Assembly (NCBI GenBank): GCA_964436935.1
Contig: CAYTES010000001.1
Location: 7,066 to 71,065, forward strand
Length of the DNA: 64,000 nucleotides
Source of the DNA: an uncultured Candidatus Peribacteria bacterium
GTDB lineage: Bacteria; Patescibacteriota; Gracilibacteria; UBA1369; UBA12473
Direction: 5' to 3'
Below are positions 56,139 through 64,000 of the stretch, piece by piece. Position numbers and translations under genes: made by a program. How positions within the stretch are numbered: position 1 is the stretch's first letter; the number at the start of each line of letters is the position of its first letter. The notes under the pieces were generated by a model. That model worked only from the letters and a program-made list of their open reading frames with translations, was not told the origin of the DNA and did no database searches.

Positions 56139-57281
56139 ATGGTCACCAAAAAGTCTCCTCAAAAAAACCGCGCGCCCAAGCCCACTTTGATTGAAATAAA
56201 ATCATCCAATACCGTGATTCAAGATATTCCCAAATATTTTATCTTGGGTGGGCTATTGATTTTTATGATCGCCATCTTATGGGTGATCAAACCATTCATG
56301 ATGCCACTCATCATTGGAGCGGTCATTGCCACCGGTTTTAATCCTCTCCAAGAAAGAATAAAATTAAAAATCCCCAATCGGACCCTCAGTGCACTCCTGG
56401 GATTTTTTATTATCCTGGTCATCATTATGGTTCCGGTGTCCTGGTTCATCTCCTATATCACCCAACAGGCCATTGAAACCTACCTCTTCATCGAATCAAA
56501 AGTATCGGAACTTTTAGCCATCGATGTCACTCTCATTCCAAAAATCATCAAAAACAGCTTTGTCGGCCCCTATCTGCTTCAGGTGGAAGAATACCTTCCT
56601 CAACCCACCGAAATCGCGGGTTTTGTCACGGATATGATCAAAAATCTGAGCCAGTTTTTGGTGAATCAAAGCACCAACTTTGCCAAACAACTCTCGGTTT
56701 TAGCCTTTCATATTTTTGTACTCCTGCTTTCCATCTTTTTCTTTTTAAGAGATGGAGATCGAGTGGTGGGAGAAATCAAAGAACTCATGCCTCTAGCACA
56801 TAAATACAAAGAAGAAGTGTTCAGCAAGCTCAAAGACATGAGCCGCGGGATTCTCTACGGGGTGTTCGGAGGTGCCATTGCGCAAGGATTTTTGGGAGGA
56901 GTGGGCATGGCCATTGTGGGCATTGAAAATGCCGCGTTTTGGGGAACGTTGATGTCTTTCTCCGCCTTGGTTCCCTTTGTAGGCCCCATGCTGATTTGGG
57001 TACCGGCCGCCATCACCCTGTTCGTCACCCAACATTGGATTGCAGGCCTTGTTTTAACCTTATGGGGCATCTTCGTGGTGGGAACCGTCGATAACATCAT
57101 CAAGCCCATCCTCATCGGAGAAAAAGCGCAAATTCATCCGCTCATGAGCTTTCTCACCATACTGGGAGGAATCTTCACAATGGGACTTCCTGGTTTGATC
57201 GTGGCTCCCTACCTGCTGTCTTTAGCGCTGACCTTTCTCCATATCTACAAATTGGAGTACAAGAGCATATTGGATCGATAA
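56139..57281 (+). CDS. AI-2E family transporter (PerM/UPF0118)
   Basis: Multi-TM protein with FFFLRDGDRV, VPFVGPMLIWVPAAI and GTVDNIIKPILIGEKAQIHPL, typical of the family. Confidence 0.85.
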   Translation: MVTKKSPQKNRAPKPTLIEIKSSNTVIQDIPKYFILGGLLIFMIAILWVIKPFMMPLIIGAVIATGFNPLQERIKLKIPNRTLSALLGFFIILVIIMVPVSWFISYITQQAIETYLFIESKVSELLAIDVTLIPKIIKNSFVGPYLLQVEEYLPQPTEIAGFVTDMIKNLSQFLVNQSTNFAKQLSVLAFHIFVLLLSIFFFLRDGDRVVGEIKELMPLAHKYKEEVFSKLKDMSRGILYGVFGGAIAQGFLGGVGMAIVGIENAAFWGTLMSFSALVPFVGPMLIWVPAAITLFVTQHWIAGLVLTLWGIFVVGTVDNIIKPILIGEKAQIHPLMSFLTILGGIFTMGLPGLIVAPYLLSLALTFLHIYKLEYKSILDR

Positions 57282-57365
57282 AAAGCGTACCCAAAACCAA
57301 ACGAAAAGATTGACTAAATTTTGATATAAGGATTAAGTAAAAAAAACTTAATCTCACTATTATTT

Positions 57366-57575
57366 ATGAAAGAACGAATTGTATTGCAAGAAGGATCCAT
57401 AAGTGAAAATTTATTGGGATCCATTGGAGGATCGAGCAGAATAGAAGTTGTGCTGAATCAAGATCCTGTCAACAGCCTTCGCGAAAAAACTCAATCTCGA
57501 GCAAATGCTACGGGAACATATGAAAGTCGAACCAACGACCCCAGATTAAATCGAAGCGGAAAAAGAAATCACTAA
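57366..57575 (+). CDS. hypothetical small protein
   Basis: 69-codon ORF. Only evidence is that it is open and non-overlapping. Confidence 0.25.
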   Translation: MKERIVLQEGSISENLLGSIGGSSRIEVVLNQDPVNSLREKTQSRANATGTYESRTNDPRLNRSGKRNH

Positions 57576-57619
57576 AATGATATGCTTTGTCGTTATCCTA
57601 GGGAAGGACCATCCTTCCT

Positions 57620-58351
57620 TTATTTCAAAAAATACGTCAAACCCAATAAAATCGGCTGATGCAAAAGATAAATAAAAAGCGAATGCCGGACAATAGCCTG
57701 TAAAAAAGTGTGAAGCCGCATCGGAAATGAATAAGGCAAAACAAATCGACGCCCATGCGCCTTATAAAACCAGCTCGCAAAACCCACTCCCTGCAAAAAA
57801 ATCCCAAACCACGGAAAAAGAGGGAAATAATCCAAGGACACAAAATCACCGGAATAAAATCCCAATGGAATCGCCCATAATCCGTCAAAAGAAATCGGAA
57901 AAAACTTCGAGAAAAGGAGAATCAAACTTCCAAAAAGAATATTCCAAACCCCAAAAGACAAAAGGGGAAGTGCCAGAAGGAGTGCAACCGCGTAAAAATG
58001 AAGTACCCCAAAAAAAACAGCTTGCTCACCAAAAAGCACCCACGTAATAAGAGTCACCATCATTGCGGCGACTAAAATTTTAACCGCATGCCGTAGACGT
58101 GGATACAACGCATAACTTACATTGCGCGCTTGAACCCTTCGAGTACTCAAAACCAAAGTGATACCGGTAGTGACCATAAAAGTCATTTGAACAAACCGGG
58201 CCAACGCCAGCCAGGCACCATGCGCTAAATCATAGGTGGTCACTCCCCAAAAATTCAAATCAAACGCGGCATGAAAGATAATCATTCCCAAAAGTGCGAA
58301 AAATCGAAAAAAATCAATTTCGGGATAACGGAAAGAAGAAGTGGGGTTCAT
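57620..58351 (-). CDS. DUF1624 (HGSNAT-like acyltransferase) membrane protein
   Basis: EIDFFRFFALLGMIIFHAAFDL followed by multiple TM helices. Start moved to the internal ATG MNPTSSF. Confidence 0.7.
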   Translation of the reverse strand: MNPTSSFRYPEIDFFRFFALLGMIIFHAAFDLNFWGVTTYDLAHGAWLALARFVQMTFMVTTGITLVLSTRRVQARNVSYALYPRLRHAVKILVAAMMVTLITWVLFGEQAVFFGVLHFYAVALLLALPLLSFGVWNILFGSLILLFSKFFPISFDGLWAIPLGFYSGDFVSLDYFPLFPWFGIFLQGVGFASWFYKAHGRRFVLPYSFPMRLHTFLQAIVRHSLFIYLLHQPILLGLTYFLK

Positions 58352-58562
58352 GATTAAAATTCTACCTGTTTGCATGAAAGGATGAAATGAAATCCAAAAA
58401 TACACCATCGGAGAAAAGGTGAGTTTAAAAATCGCGAGTAAAGGAGACGAAAAAAAAGTGGAGGTTACTTTTGAAAAAAGTCCCTTCTAGGAGAGATTCA
58501 ACTGGAACTTTGATGCGAAGAATATATAATGAAAGGTCCTTCATCCTTTAATCTCCATTTCT

Positions 58563-58763
58563 ATGGCGAACGAAGAAAATAGCAATGCAGGACTTACCGC
58601 ATTGATCGTTATTTTAGTAGGGGTCATCATCATAGGGGCCTTCTATTTCCTCAAACCACAGCCCAGCGGAAACGATGAAAATAACGATGACGTGAACATC
58701 ACCATCCCGGATACGGAAGAAGACATTTTACCGAATACGGAAAATGAAAATACATATAGATAA
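58563..58763 (+). CDS. small single-pass membrane protein
   Basis: 66 aa with one clear TM helix LTALIVILVGVIIIGAFYF and an acidic tail. Confidence 0.4.
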   Translation: MANEENSNAGLTALIVILVGVIIIGAFYFLKPQPSGNDENNDDVNITIPDTEEDILPNTENENTYR

Positions 58764-58772
58764 AAAACTCTA

Positions 58773-59402
58773 TTATTGCTGAAATCTCAAATCCGCACGT
58801 CGACGACGGCGTTGCCACAGCATGAGTCGATGATAAACACGTTTCAAGGATTCCCTCAAATCCAAAGGAATTTCATCGAAAGGAACATCGGCCAAGGCAA
58901 GAGGTTTTCCTGCAAATTCATGCAACGTATTCAAAAAAGCAGGCCCCTCTTTAGGATCGGAAAGAATTTCTCGAAGGGGGCCACTGATCTCTTCAGCAAA
59001 TTGACGCTCCAGTTCCTGCCGAACTTGTTCTTTTAATTTGGTAGGATCTGAACTTGCAAAATGAACTTCAGCCAAAAGCTCATCCCAGTGTCTTGAAATA
59101 AGTTGAGGCTCGGAAAATCGTTCAAACCAGGCCAATAAAGCCAACTGAAAAGCCATTTTATCTTTAAAGGGCGGTTCGTAAGGCAAGGACTCTCCTCCTC
59201 GTTGAGGACCCTCCGCGGGAGGTTCTTGATCCGAGTTGAGCAATTTAGATTCGCCATTCCAATACCAACCATCCTCAGAATGAGGCAACTCGTCCTCTTG
59301 CGTTGTTCCGGATTCAGAAAACTCCTTAACCTTAACCCGATCCCGATAAACCAAAGGATCGATGTCGCTCCCTAGTTTTTCAGAAGAATACCCTGAAACC
59401 AT
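58773..59402 (-). CDS. hypothetical protein
   Basis: 209-aa ORF. No motif recognised. Confidence 0.55.
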   Translation of the reverse strand: MVSGYSSEKLGSDIDPLVYRDRVKVKEFSESGTTQEDELPHSEDGWYWNGESKLLNSDQEPPAEGPQRGGESLPYEPPFKDKMAFQLALLAWFERFSEPQLISRHWDELLAEVHFASSDPTKLKEQVRQELERQFAEEISGPLREILSDPKEGPAFLNTLHEFAGKPLALADVPFDEIPLDLRESLKRVYHRLMLWQRRRRRADLRFQQ

Positions 59403-59592
59403 GATGCAACGGATTAATAAAATAATATTTAATAATTACTCTAGCACTATTTAAAACGAAGCCAAATCAATTTTGTTACAAAAGACATAAAAACCCATTT
59501 GTGCAATCAATAATAAAAAAAATGTAATAAATAAAGCCCATCATGATTATACTAGTATCAAGACGTTCTCTTTTATATCTTGCGTACCCCTT

Positions 59593-60162
59593 ATGATCCC
59601 CGAACAAGAGCAAGTGGCGATTGATGCCGCTAAAGAGAATAAATGCGCCTTCATAACCTTATATGATCAAAATTTCCATTGTATCTATGGATTTCTTCTG
59701 GCCCGGGGATTAAACCGCGAAACCGCAGAAGATTTAACGTCTGAAACCTTCTCACTCGCCCTCAAAAACATCGATCGCTATGTGTACACGGGGAAACCCT
59801 TCAAAGCTTGGCTCTATCGAATAGCCATCAATGAAATGAACAAACATTTCAAACGTCAACAACGGGACAAAAAAATCCTTATTATGGAAAAAAATCACTC
59901 CGAAATGACAACCGAAGCGGCAGATCAAGAATTGAAGCGAAAAGAAGAAGAGTTCGTACACGGCAAAAATAGGGCCGTACTACAAGACGCCTTAAAACAT
60001 CTCAAACCTAAAGAACAAGATCTCATTTCATTACGCTATTTCGAAGATCTTTCTTATAAAGAGATCGGCGACATCATGGGCATGCGCCTAAGCCATGTAG
60101 GAGTCAAACTCAACCGAACCCTAAAGCGTCTTTCCAAGCTCTGCACTTTTTACCCTTTATGA
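59593..60162 (+). CDS. ECF-type RNA polymerase sigma factor
   Basis: Region 2 (ETAEDLTSETFSLAL...FKAWLYRIAINEMNKHFKR) and region 4 HTH (LISLRYFEDLSYKEIGDIMGMRLSHVGVKLNRTLKRL). Confidence 0.9.
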   Translation: MIPEQEQVAIDAAKENKCAFITLYDQNFHCIYGFLLARGLNRETAEDLTSETFSLALKNIDRYVYTGKPFKAWLYRIAINEMNKHFKRQQRDKKILIMEKNHSEMTTEAADQELKRKEEEFVHGKNRAVLQDALKHLKPKEQDLISLRYFEDLSYKEIGDIMGMRLSHVGVKLNRTLKRLSKLCTFYPL

Positions 60163-60222
60163 ATCTAAAAATCAGGTTCCCTTCTTCAATTGTTTTTTAC
60201 CCACTCTAAACACGTGCCGATC

Positions 60223-63200
60223 ATGAATCCTCTGGAATTCTATCTCAAACAACTCGCTGCCATGGTCAAACGTAAAGCCAGACCACAATTCAAAGACGAA
60301 CTACGTCAAAAATTAATGCATCAAGCACGAGAATTGAATGAAAAACCAGCTTCTCGATGGAAAGAAGCCTGGAAAAACTTCCGAAACAGCATTTTCCAAG
60401 GACATCGTTGGGTTTCCGTGACCGCCGCAATGCTCATTTTGGTCATTGGAACACTGGCCATTAATCCCGGTGGATTCAAAAACAACCCCGTCCAGCTGGT
60501 CAATCTGGCTGAGGCCCAGGATTTTTATACCCTGACTCCCTCCCTTTCGGACACCAACGGAATTTCGGAAGAAACCACCTTCAAACTGGCCAGCAAAGAA
60601 AATCTCGACGTGGAAGAAGTGAAGCAAAATCTTTCCATCTCTCCCGAAATCGCCTTCGAGATTGACAAAACAGCAGGCAATACACTGGAAATTAAACCAC
60701 TGGGAACACTCGAACCCGGAACCGTCTACCAATTCAAATTGGAAGGCCAAAATTTAAAAAATAATCCTTTCCCCAAAGAATTCAGCTGGTCTTATGAGGT
60801 GTCCGAAGAATTCAAAATTACCGGAACCCTCCCAAAGAATCATGAAAATTATATTTATATAAACACCGGAATCGAAATCTCCTTCAATAGAAATGGCGTA
60901 GAGATTGAAAATTTCAAAAATCATTTTTCCATCACTCCGGCCGTGGAAGGAACGTTCGACGTCAAAGGAAAAACAGGGATTTTTATACCTAAAACGGAAG
61001 ACGGATTGAAGCCCTCAACCATTTATAAGGTCGCTATAAAATCGGGACTCGGAATAAAAAATAGCGAAAAGATATTACAAGAAAATTTTAACTTTGAATT
61101 CAAAACCCAAGAGGAGGGAAATGTCGAGGGAGAAGAAATTAGTTTTGATAAAGAAATTTATGATTTCAATCCAAACCTCAATCCAAACTTAGGAGTAAAC
61201 TATTATCGGATCGACACCTACAATGACGAGCAAAACGTCGAAGTCTCAATAAATCTGTACCGCTACCCTACGGGCGAAGCTTATCTTGAAGCATTAAGGG
61301 GTTATAGGGAAATAAGTCCGCAATGGGCCTACTACACAAACCGTATTTATGGCGATATTCCGACCGACGGGCTGGAAAAAGTACTGGAAATCCCGAAAAT
61401 AAACGCCGCCCTAAATCCCGCAAACTATGGACGTTGGATGTCGCTGCCTCAATCCTTAAACGAAGGATATTATCTCATCGAAATGCAAAAAGGGAACCTG
61501 AAAGATCAATCGTTTGTACAGGTATCCCCCCTTGCAAGCTATATTGCTTTCAGCAAAGAAAAATCCATCATTTGGGTCAACAACACAGCAACCAAAGGAC
61601 CGGTTGAAAATGCGACGGTGGAAATTCTCGACCATGATCTCGAAGCAAAAACAAATAATGAAGGAGTTGCTTCATTTGAAGAACTAAATTCCAAAATTAA
61701 ATTGCCCGAAGAAGACCAAACGGCACTTTATCTCAAAATCACTTCGGGTGAAAAAAACGTCTATTACGAAACGGTACTCAATCCAACAACTCCCAACGAA
61801 ACCAATGACACATGGCAGGTCCTTCAAACCGAACGAGAAGTCTATCGTCCGGATGATACGGTATTCTATTGGGGATTCTTACAGGGACGGGAGAAGCCGC
61901 TTCAAAAAAACGCGAAAATGGTGATCACTCCAAGTTATCTGACCTATGCAAAAGAAATAGCAGGTGAACAAGAAAAAAACACCATCCTCCATGAAGAAAA
62001 TATCGTGCTCAAAGATGGCGAAGCATTCGAAGGAAAGGTAAACCTGAAAAAATTCAATCCGGGATATTACATGATGTACATCATTCAAGACGATAATATT
62101 GTAAGTCGTACCGGATTTTCCGTAAGCAATTATATTAAACCGGCTTACCAAATTGTGGTGGACCCCGAAAAAACTGTACTTTTGGAAGGAGAATCCACAC
62201 CGGTAAAAATCACGGCACGTTTTTTTGAAGGAACCCCCGTGGCTCATACGAACTTACGATACGAAATGTGGGGAGAAACCCCTCAAGTGCTCACCACGGA
62301 CGAAAAAGGAGAAATCATTACCACCATGACCGCCAAAGTCGACTGTCCGGACATCAATTATTGTAGCTGGGAAAACTATCAGGGAATTTACGTGACTCCG
62401 GTACAAGAAGAATTGGCCGACATTCAAGGACAAACCACCGTACGAATCATAAGGAGCAAAGCGCATGCCAATCCTATTGAACTTTCGCACAAAGCCCTTT
62501 CGATGACGGTTCATACCGTGGATTTGGAAAAAATCAACCACAACAGTTCCAACTGGAAAGAAAGTAGTGACGTGGAAGCGGGCCCCTCGGCAAATACCCC
62601 CATAGAAGTGAGTATCACCCGTGTGGATTGGATTCAAATCGAAACCGGAGAATACTACGACAACATCGACAAGCAAATTCATAAAACGTATCAAAGCGTT
62701 CAAGAAGAAATACCCATGCCCGCCATTCAAGGAAAAACAGATGCAGAAGGGAAATTCAACTACAATCTGACGCTTGATCCGGCACACGACTATCGAATGG
62801 TGATAAAAATCACGGATGCGGAAGGTGCTTTTTATACTGAAAATAGTTGGTTGAGTAAAAAAACCCCTGATGGAAATACTGAATTTTTAATGCTCGAAAC
62901 CAATAAGGGCGGGACAACTGAGCGAGAAGTATTCAAACAAGGAGAGGAAGTTCAAATCTCAATGATCGGAGTAAGTGAAACCACGTCGAATCATTATCTT
63001 TTCTTACAAACACAGGATGGAATTTTGAACGAAAAAATAAGCACCGAGCCTCGATATGAATTCAAATTAAAAAAAGAACATATTCCGAATCTATGGATAA
63101 GCGGGGTCCAGTTTGATGGGACCTACTATCAAAGTGCCGGAGAAAAAAATATTGAATATGACGCGGAAGAGGAACGCTTGGACATCGAAATGCATAGCGA

Positions 63201-64000
63201 CAAAAAAGAGTATGAACCTGGAGAAAAAGTAACCCTGGACTTCAAAGTACAGGAAAAAAAGAGTGGAAAAGGCGTGCCGGCTCAAGTGAACTTGTCACTT
63301 GTCGACGAAGCCTACTACGAACTCTATCCGGAAAGCTTCAGGGATCCACTCGGATTTCTATATAACGATGTTTCCGGGAATGTAGAATTCAAATACGCCT
63401 CTCAAGTGAACCCGATGAACACTCAAGAAACGGGGGGCATGGGCGGCTGTTTCATAGCCGGGACTTTAATAAAGATGGCCGACGGAAGTACAAAAAAAAT
63501 TGAAAACATTCAAAAAGGAGATATCATCTTGACGCGAAAAGACGAATGGAGCAATAAAAAAATAGACGCCGAAGTGACGCAAACTTTTGAAAAAAAGGTT
63601 GGAGAATATCTGTGGATCAATGAAAATCTTGGAATCACGGAGGAACATATCCTCTTTGTGAATGGGCAATGGCAGTTAGCCGGTGAAATTAAAATCGGAG
63701 ATACTCTCATCAATGAATCCGGCAAGTCGGTAACAATCACATCGATTGAACAAAAAAGAAAATCCATAATGGTCTATAACTTCACGGTGGCCGACCATCA
63801 CACCTATTTCGCCAACGGAATTTATGTCCACAACGATAAAGGGGGAACACGGGAAGATTTCAGGGACACCGCAGTCTTCTCAGTGGTGTCCACCGATGCA
63901 AACGGATGGGGAACCTTCACCTTCACCTTACCGGACAATATCACTTCCTGGCAGGTTAGTGCCGGGGCGGTACGAGGAGGAGAAAAAGTTCAAGGCGGAT
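60223..64000 (+). CDS. membrane-anchored alpha-2-macroglobulin-like protein (3' end beyond window); NOT in supplied ORF track
   Basis: My own translation from ATG 60223 gives 1259 codons with no stop to the window edge. There is one TM helix (WVSVTAAMLILVIGTLAI, about 60409-60462). MG-domain-type motifs are present (EVYRPDDTVFYWGF, KEYEPGEKVTLDFKV, AQVNLSLVDEAYYEL), along with the A2M-domain signature FRDTAVFSVVSTDANGWGTFTFTLPDNITSWQV. All listed minus-strand ORFs in this span are antisense to it. Confidence 0.85.
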   Translation, partial: MNPLEFYLKQLAAMVKRKARPQFKDELRQKLMHQARELNEKPASRWKEAWKNFRNSIFQGHRWVSVTAAMLILVIGTLAINPGGFKNNPVQLVNLAEAQDFYTLTPSLSDTNGISEETTFKLASKENLDVEEVKQNLSISPEIAFEIDKTAGNTLEIKPLGTLEPGTVYQFKLEGQNLKNNPFPKEFSWSYEVSEEFKITGTLPKNHENYIYINTGIEISFNRNGVEIENFKNHFSITPAVEGTFDVKGKTGIFIPKTEDGLKPSTIYKVAIKSGLGIKNSEKILQENFNFEFKTQEEGNVEGEEISFDKEIYDFNPNLNPNLGVNYYRIDTYNDEQNVEVSINLYRYPTGEAYLEALRGYREISPQWAYYTNRIYGDIPTDGLEKVLEIPKINAALNPANYGRWMSLPQSLNEGYYLIEMQKGNLKDQSFVQVSPLASYIAFSKEKSIIWVNNTATKGPVENATVEILDHDLEAKTNNEGVASFEELNSKIKLPEEDQTALYLKITSGEKNVYYETVLNPTTPNETNDTWQVLQTEREVYRPDDTVFYWGFLQGREKPLQKNAKMVITPSYLTYAKEIAGEQEKNTILHEENIVLKDGEAFEGKVNLKKFNPGYYMMYIIQDDNIVSRTGFSVSNYIKPAYQIVVDPEKTVLLEGESTPVKITARFFEGTPVAHTNLRYEMWGETPQVLTTDEKGEIITTMTAKVDCPDINYCSWENYQGIYVTPVQEELADIQGQTTVRIIRSKAHANPIELSHKALSMTVHTVDLEKINHNSSNWKESSDVEAGPSANTPIEVSITRVDWIQIETGEYYDNIDKQIHKTYQSVQEEIPMPAIQGKTDAEGKFNYNLTLDPAHDYRMVIKITDAEGAFYTENSWLSKKTPDGNTEFLMLETNKGGTTEREVFKQGEEVQISMIGVSETTSNHYLFLQTQDGILNEKISTEPRYEFKLKKEHIPNLWISGVQFDGTYYQSAGEKNIEYDAEEERLDIEMHSDKKEYEPGEKVTLDFKVQEKKSGKGVPAQVNLSLVDEAYYELYPESFRDPLGFLYNDVSGNVEFKYASQVNPMNTQETGGMGGCFIAGTLIKMADGSTKKIENIQKGDIILTRKDEWSNKKIDAEVTQTFEKKVGEYLWINENLGITEEHILFVNGQWQLAGEIKIGDTLINESGKSVTITSIEQKRKSIMVYNFTVADHHTYFANGIYVHNDKGGTREDFRDTAVFSVVSTDANGWGTFTFTLPDNITSWQVSAGAVRGGEKVQGG
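63448..63834 (+). other. Hint / bacterial intein-like (BIL) domain embedded in the alpha-2-macroglobulin-like CDS
   Basis: 129 codons: Cys1 block A CFIAGTLIKMADGSTKKIENIQKGDIIL, block B GITEEHILF (TxxH), blocks F/G VYNFTVADHHTYFANGIYVHN. The next residue is Asp (DKGG). There is no endonuclease insert. Confidence 0.8.

Noticed and set aside
60313-63767. Minus-strand ORFs in the track (60313-60750, 61879-62247, 62254-62787, 63091-63285, 63466-63767).
   Set aside because: All are antisense to an uninterrupted +strand frame with clear A2M and Hint motifs. Their products are low-complexity F/I/V-rich sequences typical of the reverse frame of an AT-rich coding region.
63448-63834. A canonical self-splicing intein with a homing endonuclease (a mobile element).
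   Set aside because: The domain is only 129 aa with no LAGLIDADG/HNH insert. The +1 residue is Asp rather than Cys/Ser/Thr, so a standard mobile splicing intein is not supported. I called it a Hint/BIL domain instead.
1-64000. An alternative genetic code (UGA recoded), as in some small-genome lineages.
   Set aside because: Well-conserved genes terminate at TGA at the expected lengths (for example the stops at 14272-14274 and 16849-16851). No conserved gene is broken by in-frame TGA, so the standard code fits.

Overview
This is a 64-kb window of a compact, moderately AT-rich bacterial chromosome that uses the standard genetic code (TGA acts as a stop). I can support about 60 protein-coding genes, one tRNA (Arg, anticodon GCG), no rRNA, no CRISPR array, and no recognisable transposase or integrase.

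Recognisable housekeeping genes:
- uvrB
- an rpe-rpiB-prs block
- folate genes: folK at one locus, and a PTPS/QueD-like gene, folP, pabC and pabB (with purE embedded) at another
- thiI and ndk
- an E. coli-type fumarate reductase in which frdA is separated from frdBCD
- a PBP2/FtsI-type transpeptidase, an M16 peptidase, an ABC exporter, an AI-2E transporter and an ECF sigma factor

Roughly a third of the genes are hypothetical. That fraction and the tight gene packing suggest an uncultivated small-genome lineage, but this is inference only.

Main points of interest:
1. A +strand ORF of more than 1259 codons (60223 to the window end) is absent from the supplied ORF track. It encodes an N-terminally membrane-anchored alpha-2-macroglobulin-like protein directly downstream of the ECF sigma factor. 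An intein-like (Hint/BIL) domain sits where the protease bait region should be, and it is followed by Asp rather than a nucleophile.
2. A family of at least seven intergenic long-hairpin elements has a conserved apical core and copy-specific complementary arms. All copies are in one orientation, and most abut the 3' ends of minus-strand genes.
3. A six-gene +strand operon encodes a B12-radical-SAM protein, a CoaE-like kinase, a radical-SAM/SPASM protein fused to a BtaA(DUF3419)-like domain, a methyltransferase, a protein with four ~85-aa repeats, and a cyanophycin-synthetase-like ATP-grasp protein.
4. A frameshifted HEPN/AbiU2-like gene lies in an AT-rich islet next to the tRNA.
5. A 1617-aa SLH-anchored surface protein carries seven four-cysteine repeats.
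6. A transketolase N-subunit paralog appears catalytically degenerate.

All functional calls come from motif recognition by eye. No database search was run.
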